Below, piece by piece: positions 52,027-60,754 of a DNA stretch of 64,000 nt (positions are counted from its first letter, which is position 1; each line of letters begins with the position of its first letter). A program made the translations under genes and the position numbers. The stretch is taken from NCBI GenBank assembly GCA_035649395.1, contig DASRJR010000174.1, positions 94,878 to 158,877 on the forward strand. The letters run 5' to 3'. This stretch comes from Vicinamibacterales bacterium. GTDB lineage: Bacteria > Acidobacteriota > Vicinamibacteria > Vicinamibacterales > UBA2999. Under the pieces are notes generated by a model. That model made no database searches, was not told where the DNA came from, and saw nothing but the letters and a program-made list of their open reading frames with translations.

Positions 52027-52872
52027 TCAGTCACCAGATCGCTTTGATTTTTCGATGATGGCATAGACCTGCTTCGAAGGTATGTCGAACTTCTTCGCCA
52101 GCGTCGAAATCGCTTGGCGTCGTCCGGCGACCCCTTCTATGGTCATAGACCAGAATTCTGTGGCCACGCGCCGCTCGTCAACCTCCCCAGAACCAGCCAC
52201 GGCCTTGATAATTGGGCTAATGACCACGGTAATTTCACCCTTGGTGATGGCGAGTCGCTCGGCAAGCTCAGCACACGTGCCGCGCAGAAACTCCTGATGG
52301 ACTTTGGTGAGTTCACGCGCCACCATTATCTGGCGAGTGCCCATAATTAAGGATGCTTCTCTGAGTGTGTTACCGATGCGGCGGGGCGACTCAAAGAACG
52401 TCACAGTGTTAGAAACTCCAGAAATAGCTGATATCCATGACGTTCTGTCTTTAGGCCTACGAGGGGGGAAGCCAAGAACGGTCAGTGGCAGAACTGCGAA
52501 TCCGGAGACGACGACCGCCGCAATCGCCGCCGAGACGCCTGGAACCGGTTCCACAGGGATTCCCTCTAACACACACGCGCGCACGAGCTCTTCTCCCGGG
52601 TCTGAGATACCTGGCGTGCCAGCGTCAGAGACGATGGCAATTGAGCATTCAGATCGTAGTTGTGCGAGCAGCTCCGGCAGACGCCGTTTCGTGTTGTGGG
52701 CGTGGAAACTGACGGTCCGGGTGGAAATCCCGTGATGAGTCAGCAGTTTCGCAGTACGCCGCGTATCTTCGGCAGCGATGAGGTCGACCTCGCGCAGGAC
52801 TCGCAGCGCCCGCAGCGTGATGTCCTCGAGGTTGCCGATGGGCGTGGCGACCACAAACAGCGTACCGGACAT
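52027..52872 (-). CDS. rsmI: 16S rRNA (cytidine1402-2'-O)-methyltransferase
   Basis: GTLFVVATPIGNLEDITLRALRVLREVDLIAAEDTR. I prefer ATG 52872. Confidence 0.9.
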   Translation of the reverse strand: MSGTLFVVATPIGNLEDITLRALRVLREVDLIAAEDTRRTAKLLTHHGISTRTVSFHAHNTKRRLPELLAQLRSECSIAIVSDAGTPGISDPGEELVRACVLEGIPVEPVPGVSAAIAAVVVSGFAVLPLTVLGFPPRRPKDRTSWISAISGVSNTVTFFESPRRIGNTLREASLIMGTRQIMVARELTKVHQEFLRGTCAELAERLAITKGEITVVISPIIKAVAGSGEVDERRVATEFWSMTIEGVAGRRQAISTLAKKFDIPSKQVYAIIEKSKRSGD

Positions 52873-52954
52873 CGCGATGACGGAGCGGTTATTGTACCAT
52901 TGGCGGGATGAGCGCTCCCCAAGTCGCGGCACAGAGCGCCACCCACGACAGGGC

Positions 52955-54613
52955 ATGTACCCATCGGAGCCATTTCCGCACTTCGTCGACGATTACCTCG
53001 CGTACCTGCACGAGACCCTGCCAAGCCACGCGGGCCTCGACGGGGTCCACGTTCATGATGATCTGCTCGAGGATCTGAGCCGGCCGTCCATCGACGTGCA
53101 TGTCCGGGCCCTCGCTGGCTTCGGACGCCGCCTGCACCAGATCACGCCGGAACTCCTCTCGCCGGTCGAGCGGATCGAGCATCCGATTGTTGCGGCCAAC
53201 ATCGAGGCCCGGATGTTCGAGCATGAGGTCATCCGGTCGTGGGATCGAAGCCCGCAGGTCTATTCGGACCTGATTGGCAGCAGTCTCGCCGGACAGGCGC
53301 TGTTCGCCTATGCGCCGGAACCCGAGCGAGCGCGGCGCGTCGTGTCCAAGCTGCGGCAGGTGCCCAGACTGGTGCAGGCGGCCCGCGACAACATCAAGGA
53401 GTGCCCCGGGATCTTCGTGAAGGTCGGTCTCGAAACGTGGCGCGGGGTGCTGAAATTTATCGAGACCGACCTTCCGCGTGCGTTTTCTGGGCTCGACGAC
53501 CTGCATATTCTCGGCGACCTGGCAGACACGTCGGCCGAAGCCGCACTGGCCATCAAGTCCTACGTCGACTATCTCGAAACCGATCTGGCGCCGCGGGCCA
53601 AGGCCTCGTTCCGCCTCGGTCGCGAGAGGTTCGAGCAGAAGCTCAAACTCGACGAGGGAGTCACACTCAGCGCGGATCGACTGCTCGCCATCGCGATGCG
53701 CGAACTCGGAGCCGTGCAGGACGAATTCCGCGCCGTTGCGAGCCGCATCAACGGCGGCGATCCGCTAGAGGTCTGGCGAGTCGCCAAAGAGGAGCATCCG
53801 CAACCCGGGAGCCTGTTGGCGGTCGCGCAAGCGCAGGTCCAGGAGCTCGAAGAATTCTTACGCTCGGAAGATATCGTGTCGCTGCCGGACTCCGAGCCGG
53901 TTGTCGTCGCGCCTTCGCCCGAGTTCTACCGATGGGCGTTCGCCAGCATGTGGACGCCGGGTCCGTTCGAGTCGAAGCCAAGCCGCGCGTATTACTACCT
54001 GACCGAAGCGGATCGATCGTGGCCCTCGGAACGCCAGAAGGAGCACATGCGGGATTTCAATATCCCGACGCTCTGGAACATCTCGATTCACGAGGTCTAC
54101 CCCGGACACTTCCTCCACTTCCGCCATTTGAGGAAGGTCGAATCGAAGGTGCGGAAGTCGACGCTCTTCGCATCAGTATCGTTCGTCGAAGGATGGGCGC
54201 ATTATTGCGAGCAGATGATGATCGAGGCGGGGTTCCGCCGGCGCGATCCCACGATCAGACTCGGACAGCTGGCCGAGTCGCTCGTGCGCCTGGCCCGCGT
54301 GATCGTGTCGGTCCGCCTCCACTGCGAGGATCTGTCGGTTGAACAGGGCATGCGGTTTTTCAGAGACGAGGCGTTTCTCGAGGAAGCGACGGCGAGACGC
54401 GAAGCCGAACGCGGTACCTTCGATCCGGGTTACCTGCTGTACTCGGTTGGTAAACTGATGATGTTGAAGATGCGGCGCGACTTCAAGGAACAGCAAGGCG
54501 GCAAGTACTCGCTACGGGCGTTCCACGACACTGTGCTGGCGCAAGGCAATGCGCCGTTCCGAGCGCATCGACAACTGCTCCTCGGCGAGACGACGGACGC
54601 GTCCCTGGATTGA
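52955..54613 (+). CDS. DUF885 family protein
   Basis: IHEVYPGHFLHF and FVEGWAHYCEQMM are hallmark motifs. I prefer ATG 52955. The ORF opens at 52778, antisense to rsmI. Confidence 0.8.
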   Translation: MYPSEPFPHFVDDYLAYLHETLPSHAGLDGVHVHDDLLEDLSRPSIDVHVRALAGFGRRLHQITPELLSPVERIEHPIVAANIEARMFEHEVIRSWDRSPQVYSDLIGSSLAGQALFAYAPEPERARRVVSKLRQVPRLVQAARDNIKECPGIFVKVGLETWRGVLKFIETDLPRAFSGLDDLHILGDLADTSAEAALAIKSYVDYLETDLAPRAKASFRLGRERFEQKLKLDEGVTLSADRLLAIAMRELGAVQDEFRAVASRINGGDPLEVWRVAKEEHPQPGSLLAVAQAQVQELEEFLRSEDIVSLPDSEPVVVAPSPEFYRWAFASMWTPGPFESKPSRAYYYLTEADRSWPSERQKEHMRDFNIPTLWNISIHEVYPGHFLHFRHLRKVESKVRKSTLFASVSFVEGWAHYCEQMMIEAGFRRRDPTIRLGQLAESLVRLARVIVSVRLHCEDLSVEQGMRFFRDEAFLEEATARREAERGTFDPGYLLYSVGKLMMLKMRRDFKEQQGGKYSLRAFHDTVLAQGNAPFRAHRQLLLGETTDASLD

Positions 54614-54619
54614 AACGCG

Positions 54620-54955
54620 ATGCCGCTGTACGAATACGAGTGTGACGCCTGCGGCCAACGATTCGAGGTGATTCGGAAATTCTCCGACCCGCCGCTCGAC
54701 GCCTGTACGCTCTGCCAAAAAGGCCCGGTGCGTCGCCTGTTGTCGTCTCCCGCGATTCAGTTCAAGGGCACTGGTTGGTACATCACTGATTACGCGCAGA
54801 AGGGCAAGACCGACAAGGGCGATTCGAAGGATGCCGCGAAGCCCGGGGCAAAATCGGACGACACGAAGAGCGGCGACACGAAGGCGAGCGACGGTACTTC
54901 GAGTGCGACGACGACTGCGCCGTCCACGCCGACGAAAGCCACGTCGAGTGAATAG
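54620..54955 (+). CDS. FmdB-family zinc-ribbon protein
   Basis: MPLYEYECDACGQRFEV...CTLCQKGPVRRLLS is followed by a low-complexity tail. Confidence 0.75.
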   Translation: MPLYEYECDACGQRFEVIRKFSDPPLDACTLCQKGPVRRLLSSPAIQFKGTGWYITDYAQKGKTDKGDSKDAAKPGAKSDDTKSGDTKASDGTSSATTTAPSTPTKATSSE

Positions 54956-54980
54956 GTCTGTGTGAGCGCACCACGACCCG

Positions 54981-55883
54981 TTAGCGGCCCGACTGCGCTC
55001 CAACCTTCAAATCGAGCGTTTCGAGATATCGCCTGAATGGCTCGGCCAGCTCTGGCCGCTGCAGCGCGAAGTAGACGACCGCCTTCAGAAACCCCAGCTT
55101 GTTCCCGGTATCGTGGCGGACGCCGGCGATTTCACACGCGTAGATCGGCCGTTCTCGCAGCAGCCGGCGAAGTCCATTGGTCAATTGAATCTCTCCAGTA
55201 CGGTCGCTCGCGGTGGCCTCGAGAGCGGGGAAGATGTCTGGAGTCAGAATGTAACGTCCGATGATCGCCAGGTTCGAGGGCGCCTCGTCACGCGGCGGCT
55301 TCTCGACCATGTCCGTGATGCGATGCACACCCGGGCCGAGGTCGGCGCGCTCATCGATCGCCACAATCCCGTAACTCGATACGTCGCTGTGCGGCACGCG
55401 TTCGACGGCTATCACCGGGCCGTCGAGGCGCTCGAAAACGTCGATCATCTGTCGCAATGCCGGCGGCGTCGCGTCGATCACGTCATCGCCAAGCACCACG
55501 GCGAAGGGTTCGTCACCGACCAGATTCCGTGTGACGAGCACCGCATGTCCGAGGCCGAGCGGCTCGCCCTGACGCACATATGAGACGTTGATCAACTTGG
55601 TGATCTTCCGAATCTCCTCGAGCTGCTCCTGTTTGCCGCGCTGCTCGAGAAACGTTTCGAGCTCGACCGCCACGTCGAAGTGATCTTCGATGGCGTTCTT
55701 GCCACGGCCGGTCACGATCACGATGTTCGTGACTCCGGATTGAACCGCCTCCTCGACGCCGTACTGGATCACCGGCTTGTCGACGACCACCAACATTTCC
55801 TTCGGTTGGGCTTTTGTCGCCGGCAGGAAACGGGTGCCCAGTCCCGCTGCCGGGAACACCGCTTTTCGAACGCTACGTTTCAT
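54981..55883 (-). CDS. galU: UTP--glucose-1-phosphate uridylyltransferase
   Basis: [35 protein letters not shown] and VEKP. I prefer ATG 55883. The 693-aa ORF extension is antisense to serS. Confidence 0.9.
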   Translation of the reverse strand: MKRSVRKAVFPAAGLGTRFLPATKAQPKEMLVVVDKPVIQYGVEEAVQSGVTNIVIVTGRGKNAIEDHFDVAVELETFLEQRGKQEQLEEIRKITKLINVSYVRQGEPLGLGHAVLVTRNLVGDEPFAVVLGDDVIDATPPALRQMIDVFERLDGPVIAVERVPHSDVSSYGIVAIDERADLGPGVHRITDMVEKPPRDEAPSNLAIIGRYILTPDIFPALEATASDRTGEIQLTNGLRRLLRERPIYACEIAGVRHDTGNKLGFLKAVVYFALQRPELAEPFRRYLETLDLKVGAQSGR

Positions 55884-55916
55884 GTGCGCAATCGTATCGC
55901 AGGTACAATCGGCGGC

Positions 55917-57203
55917 ATGCTCGATCCGGCATTGTTCCGTGACAACCTCGACGCCGTGCGCACGGGACTGGGCACACGCGGCATCGACTTGACGACGGAA
56001 CTCGAAGAGCTCGCGACACTCGAGACGCGTCGTCGTCGCCTGCTGCAGGAACTCGAGGGCCTCAAGCGAGAACAGAACACGGCGGCCGACGAAGTCGCGC
56101 GTGCGAAGCGCCAAGGTCTCGACGCGTCGAAGATTCAGGACGCCAGCCGCCTGCGCGCGCAGCAGATCAAGCAGCTCAGTATCGAATTCGATTCCATCGA
56201 GCAGCGCCGGAATCGCGGCTTGCAGGTGCTTCCGAATTTGCCGAACCAGACGGTGCCGATCGGGAAGAGCAGTGCCGACAACGTCGAGGTGCGTCGGCAC
56301 GGCACGCCGCGAGCGTTCGGCTTTACAGCACAGCCGCACTGGGACCTTGGCCCCGCCCTCGGGATTATCGACTTCGAGCGCGGCACCAAGATCGCCGGCG
56401 CACGCTTTTCGGTGCTGGTCGGCGCTGGCGCTCGGCTCGCCCGTGCGCTGATCAACTTCATGCTCCATTTGCACACCACTGAGCATGGCTATACGGAAGT
56501 GGAGCCGCCGTTCATGGTCAACTCGGCGTCGCTCACCGGGACTGGCAATCTGCCGAAGTTCGAGGCCGACCTGTTCAAGATTGCGGGAGACTGGGACCTG
56601 TATATGGTGCCGACGGCAGAAGTGCCGCTCACGAACATGCACCGCGGTGAGATTCTCGACGGCAACACTCTGCCAATCCGATACACCGCATACACGCCCT
56701 GCTTTCGCAGTGAGGCGGGCTCCTACGGCGCTGACGTCCGCGGGCTGATACGCCAACATCAGTTCGACAAAGTGGAGCTGATGGCGTTCACCGAGCCGGC
56801 TCGGTCCTACGACGAGCTCGAGCGACTGACGTCGAACGCGGAGGAGGTGCTGAAACGGCTGGAGCTGCCGTACCGCACGGTCTTGCTGTGCACCGGGGAC
56901 ATAGGATTTGCGTCCGCGAAGACGTACGATCTCGAGGTATGGCTGCCGGGGCAGAACACGTATCGAGAGATCTCGTCGTGCAGTAACACCGAAGCGTTCC
57001 AGGCGCGGCGTGCCAACGTGAAGTACCGGCCGCAGGGAACCGGCAAAGCGGAGTTCGTCCACACGTTGAATGGCTCTGGGCTCGCGGTTGGCCGGACGCT
57101 GATTGCGATCCTGGAAAACTTTCAGCAGGAAGACGGATCGGTCGCGATTCCGGAGGCGTTGCGGCCGTTCATGAACGGGGAATCGGTGATTAGATCTAAG
57201 TAG
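55917..57203 (+). CDS. serS: serine--tRNA ligase
   Basis: [15 protein letters not shown] begins an N-terminal coiled coil. Class II motifs include [18 protein letters not shown] and [20 protein letters not shown]. Confidence 0.95.
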   Translation: MLDPALFRDNLDAVRTGLGTRGIDLTTELEELATLETRRRRLLQELEGLKREQNTAADEVARAKRQGLDASKIQDASRLRAQQIKQLSIEFDSIEQRRNRGLQVLPNLPNQTVPIGKSSADNVEVRRHGTPRAFGFTAQPHWDLGPALGIIDFERGTKIAGARFSVLVGAGARLARALINFMLHLHTTEHGYTEVEPPFMVNSASLTGTGNLPKFEADLFKIAGDWDLYMVPTAEVPLTNMHRGEILDGNTLPIRYTAYTPCFRSEAGSYGADVRGLIRQHQFDKVELMAFTEPARSYDELERLTSNAEEVLKRLELPYRTVLLCTGDIGFASAKTYDLEVWLPGQNTYREISSCSNTEAFQARRANVKYRPQGTGKAEFVHTLNGSGLAVGRTLIAILENFQQEDGSVAIPEALRPFMNGESVIRSK

Positions 57204-57232
57204 GTTCAGGGTTCAGAGGTTCATCGGTTCGC
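57203..57232 (+). repeat. four tandem GGTTC(A) units with 7-8 nt period
   Basis: GGTTCAG GGTTCAGA GGTTCATC GGTTCGC, lying between the serS stop and tRNA-Ser. Confidence 0.6.
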
Positions 57233-57252
57233 ACGACGCATCGCGCGTGTAC

Positions 57253-57342
57253 GGAGGGATGGCCGAGTGGTTTAAGGCGGCGGTCTTGAAAACCGTTGGC
57301 TCGGAAACGGGCCCGGGGGTTCGAATCCCTCTCCCTCCGCCA
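57253..57342 (+). tRNA. tRNA-Ser (anticodon UGA), long variable arm, CCA encoded
   Basis: The acceptor stem is GGAGGGA/TCCCTCC. The anticodon loop is CTTGAAA on stem GCGGT/ACCGT. There is a 17-nt variable arm, a GGTTCGAAT T-loop, discriminator G and CCA. Confidence 0.9.
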
Positions 57343-57375
57343 GCCTCCGCTCGCCTTCGGCGAGCTACGGCTAGA

Positions 57376-57404
57376 CCAAGCCTTCGGCTTGGCCAAGTTT
57401 TCTG
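57376..57404 (+). terminator. intrinsic terminator candidate after tRNA-Ser
   Basis: CCAAGCC-TTC-GGCTTGG is a 7-bp stem followed by CCAAGTTTTCT. Additional hairpins lie at 57350-64 and 57422-41. Confidence 0.45.
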
Positions 57405-57447
57405 CGACGGTCTGTTCGTAAGGGCCGCCTTCAGGCGGCCCGCGACT

Positions 57448-57966
57448 CTACGCTTTCACAAACGTCGTGATCTTCCGGCGCGTGCGCTCGCGCAGCGAGC
57501 ACTCACGCAACTGATCGGCGAGGGCCTCGAGATTGGGGATGCCGTGGATGATCACGGTCGACAGGTCAGGATCCGACGATCGCAGGTGGAGCAGCGAGTA
57601 GCCGAGGACGCGCATCCCGAACGGCCGATGGATGTCGAAGTCGTCGATTCGAAACAACTCGACGCTCGACTTGATCGTCGACAGCAGGCCGCGCTCGATC
57701 TGAATGCGCTGCGTCGTCAGCGTGTACGTGATCGAGCGGCTCTTCGCCCAGTACACAATCGCGGCGATGCCGATCGTGATGACGATGATCACCCACTGGG
57801 TGAGGGAGTAGATGACCGCCGGGTGGCCGACGAACAGATCCCGCTCGACCTCGGCCTCCTTTGCGCTCTCACGCGCGGCTAAGTCGGTGTTGCAGAACCG
57901 ACACTTGATGGCGGCCGTCTTGATCATTTCGCCGCACACCGGGCACGCTTTGGTGTCGTCGCTCAC
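57448..57966 (-). CDS. zinc-ribbon plus membrane-anchored bacterial PH-domain (YdbS/bPH_2-like) protein
   Basis: CPVCGEMIKTAAIKCRFCN is followed by a TM region and then ITYTLTTQRIQIERGLLSTIKSSVELFRIDD. Confidence 0.65.
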   Translation of the reverse strand: MSDDTKACPVCGEMIKTAAIKCRFCNTDLAARESAKEAEVERDLFVGHPAVIYSLTQWVIIVITIGIAAIVYWAKSRSITYTLTTQRIQIERGLLSTIKSSVELFRIDDFDIHRPFGMRVLGYSLLHLRSSDPDLSTVIIHGIPNLEALADQLRECSLRERTRRKITTFVKA

Positions 57967-58037
57967 GTGGCCTCCCTTTCCAGCCCTCTTGGAATTGTCG
58001 CCGATCTGCCCGCGTCAGGGCGCTACGATAGACGCCC

Positions 58038-58688
58038 ATGTTGATGAGACGAACCGCCCTTGCCGTTCTGTTCAGCGCTGTGCAGGTGGCGACGATGGTC
58101 GATGTGGCCGGCCAGACCGCCGCCAGGCTGAAGGATCCTGCCGCGCTTAGCGAACAGGCGCCTGCGACCTATCGTGCGCGGTTCGAGACGAGTCAGGGTG
58201 TGTTCGTCATCGAGGCCCATCGAGACTGGGCGCCGAACGCCGCCGACCGCTTCTACAACCTGGTGAAGAACGGCTTCTACGACAATGCCCGCTTCTTTCG
58301 CGTGCTGAGCGGCTTCATGGTGCAGTTCGGTCTCAACGGCGATCCCGAGGTTCAGCGACCATGGTCCTCCGCAGGCCTCCCCGACGAGCCGGCCAAACAG
58401 AGCAACACGCGCGGTATCGTGTCGTTCGCGCGTGAGTCCAGTCCAAACTCCCGCTACACGATGGTGTTCATCAACTACAAGGACAACAGCTACCTGGATA
58501 GCGAGGGCTTTCCCCCGTTTGGACAGGTGATCGCCGGCATGGACGTGGTCGAGAAGCTGTATAGCGGATACGGCAGGGCGAACGTGCCCGACCAGCGACG
58601 GATTCTCAGCGAGGGCAACGCCTATCTCGCCGCCGAGTACCCGAAGCTCGATTTCATCAAGCGCGCCCGAGTCGACTCGACGCGATAG
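58038..58688 (+). CDS. cyclophilin-type peptidyl-prolyl cis-trans isomerase, secreted
   Basis: A signal peptide is followed by FETSQGVFVIEAHRDWAPNAADRFYNLVKNGFYDNARFFRVLSGFMVQFG. Confidence 0.9.
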   Translation: MLMRRTALAVLFSAVQVATMVDVAGQTAARLKDPAALSEQAPATYRARFETSQGVFVIEAHRDWAPNAADRFYNLVKNGFYDNARFFRVLSGFMVQFGLNGDPEVQRPWSSAGLPDEPAKQSNTRGIVSFARESSPNSRYTMVFINYKDNSYLDSEGFPPFGQVIAGMDVVEKLYSGYGRANVPDQRRILSEGNAYLAAEYPKLDFIKRARVDSTR

Positions 58689-58712
58689 GCGACACACATC
58701 ACGGTTGTCGCC
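58688..58712. terminator. hairpin between convergent genes
   Basis: GGCGACA-N11-TGTCGCC, with no clear U tract. Confidence 0.3.
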
Positions 58713-58728
58713 CAGACGGCCGCATCGT

Positions 58729-59403
58729 TCATTCGGCCGACGTGTCGGCGCCGCGCGCTGGTGCCCCGACGATGGTTCGTACGAACTGATCCTCAGGAAG
58801 GGCGCCCAGGATCTCGACCGTGTCGTTCACGACCGTCTTGGGCACGCCAGTGACATTGAACCTGCGCGACAGATCCATGAACTCTGTGGCCTCCACGCAC
58901 GTCGCGTGGATGTTCGGGTTTTCTGCGGCCAGCCGGTGTGCGAGCGTTACCGCCCGAGGGCAGTGCGGGCACGTGGGCGTCACGAACACCTTGATATCGA
59001 GCGGACTCGTGACATGCTCCGCGACCAGCGCTCGCGTGTTCGCTGACAGCCCAGAGTCGTCGGACCCGGCCAGGATCACCGCCTCGACGAGCGAGACGAA
59101 CTCGTAGCCCGCGGGCGCGCCGAGAAAGCGGATGCGTGTGTCCGCTCCGTCTTTGAGCAGCACGATCGCCGGAATGTGCTCGATGCCGTATTGCGCGGCT
59201 CGCTCTCGGTCGAGGACCAGGTTCACCTCTTCGAGCGTCAGGCGGTCGCTCAGACCGACCACCTCCTCGAGCACGCGTTTCGTCAGATACACCGTCTCCG
59301 GCGCGCCGATGGTCTGCGTGAAGAACAGAATCGTGACGGGCCGCTGCAGGGTTGCGAGGCGCGCGCGGACAGTCTCGCGGTCCTGCTCGGAGAGCAACGT
59401 CAT
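58729..59403 (-). CDS. glutaredoxin/thioredoxin-like protein disulfide oxidoreductase (two thioredoxin folds, one CPHC)
   Basis: VFVTPTCPHCPRAV...VTGVPKTVVND. The first fold lacks CxxC. Confidence 0.75.
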   Translation of the reverse strand: MTLLSEQDRETVRARLATLQRPVTILFFTQTIGAPETVYLTKRVLEEVVGLSDRLTLEEVNLVLDRERAAQYGIEHIPAIVLLKDGADTRIRFLGAPAGYEFVSLVEAVILAGSDDSGLSANTRALVAEHVTSPLDIKVFVTPTCPHCPRAVTLAHRLAAENPNIHATCVEATEFMDLSRRFNVTGVPKTVVNDTVEILGALPEDQFVRTIVGAPARGADTSAE

Positions 59404-59426
59404 TCGTGGATCGTATCAACGCTCCA

Positions 59427-59870
59427 CTAAAACTTGAACAGATCGTCGAAGGCCTTTCGCGCGCTGTCCGTCCGGGGCGTGGTCGTCTGACGCTCGACCG
59501 TAGTCCGTGGCGAGAAGGATGTGCAGCTGTTCCGTGTGTTCTTCGGCGTGATGCGGGCGGGAATCGGCAGCATGCACTCGAACCGACTTCCTGGATCGAA
59601 GGACACGCATTGAGCACACGCGTGGAGATCGGTTCCGCACCGGTTGCACCGCGTCTCGAGGCCGATATCTGCCGAGACGACATTTCCACACTGGGCGCAA
59701 CGGACCACCTCGTGGTAGCCCGGCATGTTGATGTTCTTCGGAGCGTCCTGCGAGATGCGTCGGGCCCCTGCGGGTGCGCCCGGTTCGGGCGCGGGACGCT
59801 GCGCGGGCTTGGGCTGGCGGTCGCGGTCATCGTCCTGATAACCGCGTTGACGGTACTTCCTCTCGCTCAT
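59427..59870 (-). CDS. hypothetical Cys-rich (zinc-ribbon-like) protein
   Basis: VVRCAQCGNVV...RCNRCGTDLHACAQCVSFD, with a basic/acidic disordered N-terminus. Confidence 0.5.
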   Translation of the reverse strand: MSERKYRQRGYQDDDRDRQPKPAQRPAPEPGAPAGARRISQDAPKNINMPGYHEVVRCAQCGNVVSADIGLETRCNRCGTDLHACAQCVSFDPGSRFECMLPIPARITPKNTRNSCTSFSPRTTVERQTTTPRTDSARKAFDDLFKF

Positions 59871-60096
59871 GTGGTTGCGCTGGCGAGCGCGATTGTATAC
59901 CGACGCGCGCTGCGAGCGACCGATGATGCGGGCGATGCGCCCGCATTGACGTAGATGCGCGCCCGGGTTTGGGCGTAGTATTTCGCGGGTTGTCGCAAGG
60001 TTAGGGGCGTTCTGGGCCGCTTGATCCTTTTTTCACAATTGTGGTACAAGTCGGAACAGGTCGGCAGGCGCGCCGGTTCTCTGCTTTTAAGCCCTG

Positions 60097-60747
60097 ATGT
60101 CGCAGATCTTCCATCCCAGTGCCAATACTCTGTCGAAGCTCAGCCTCGCAGCCATTGTCGGCCTGGTCGGAGGTCTGATCGGGCTGGCGATGCTCCTCGG
60201 GCGCTCGTCGTATGTGACCCGCGCCAATGAGTACGTCGAGCAACCGGTCCAGTTCAGTCACCTCCACCACGTGCTCGACGACGGCATCGATTGCCGGTAC
60301 TGCCATACCTCGGTTGAGACGTCCTCGTTCGCCGGCATTCCTCCAACCAAGACCTGCATGAACTGTCACTCGCAGATCTGGCAGTCGGCCCCGATTCTCG
60401 AACCGGTGCGCGCCAGTTTCCGCGAGGATCGGCCGTTGAGTTGGACGCGCGTACACGACCTGCCCGACTTCGTGTACTTCAATCACAGCATTCACGTGAA
60501 AAAGGGGATGGGGTGCGAAACGTGTCACGGGCGCGTCGATCAGATGCCGCTCATGCGTCAGGTGCAGTCGCTTCAGATGGAATGGTGCCTCAACTGCCAC
60601 CGCAATCCAGAGAACTACGTCCGGCCACGGAATGAAGTCTTCACCATGGGGTACACGCCGCCGGTGCCGCAGTCGGTTCTAGGTCCGCAGCTCGTCAAGG
60701 AGTACGACATTCGAGGCAACACCAATTGCTCGACGTGTCATCGGTAA
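60097..60747 (+). CDS. actA: Alternative Complex III subunit ActA (pentahaem cytochrome c)
   Basis: An N-terminal TM segment and five CxxCH motifs: CRYCH, CMNCH, CETCH, CLNCH and CSTCH. Confidence 0.85.
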   Translation: MSQIFHPSANTLSKLSLAAIVGLVGGLIGLAMLLGRSSYVTRANEYVEQPVQFSHLHHVLDDGIDCRYCHTSVETSSFAGIPPTKTCMNCHSQIWQSAPILEPVRASFREDRPLSWTRVHDLPDFVYFNHSIHVKKGMGCETCHGRVDQMPLMRQVQSLQMEWCLNCHRNPENYVRPRNEVFTMGYTPPVPQSVLGPQLVKEYDIRGNTNCSTCHR

Positions 60748-60754
60748 GGCGCAC

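Noticed and set aside
54981-57062. Over-long ORF-track entries suggesting giant or fused proteins. Examples are the 693-aa galU ORF, 650-aa wzt ORF, 668-aa mnmG ORF, 312-aa parA ORF, 305-aa rfaE2 ORF, 243-aa NusG-like ORF and 611-aa DUF885 ORF.
   Set aside because: The conserved protein begins at an internal start with a sensible RBS or a stop/start overlap. The upstream extensions overlap neighbouring genes or parS sites and have non-protein-like composition.
60488-60503. A parS-like sequence GCATTCACGTGAAAAA lies inside actA.
   Set aside because: It matches the parS consensus at only 12/16, with the flanks lost. It lies in coding sequence about 30 kb from the parAB locus.
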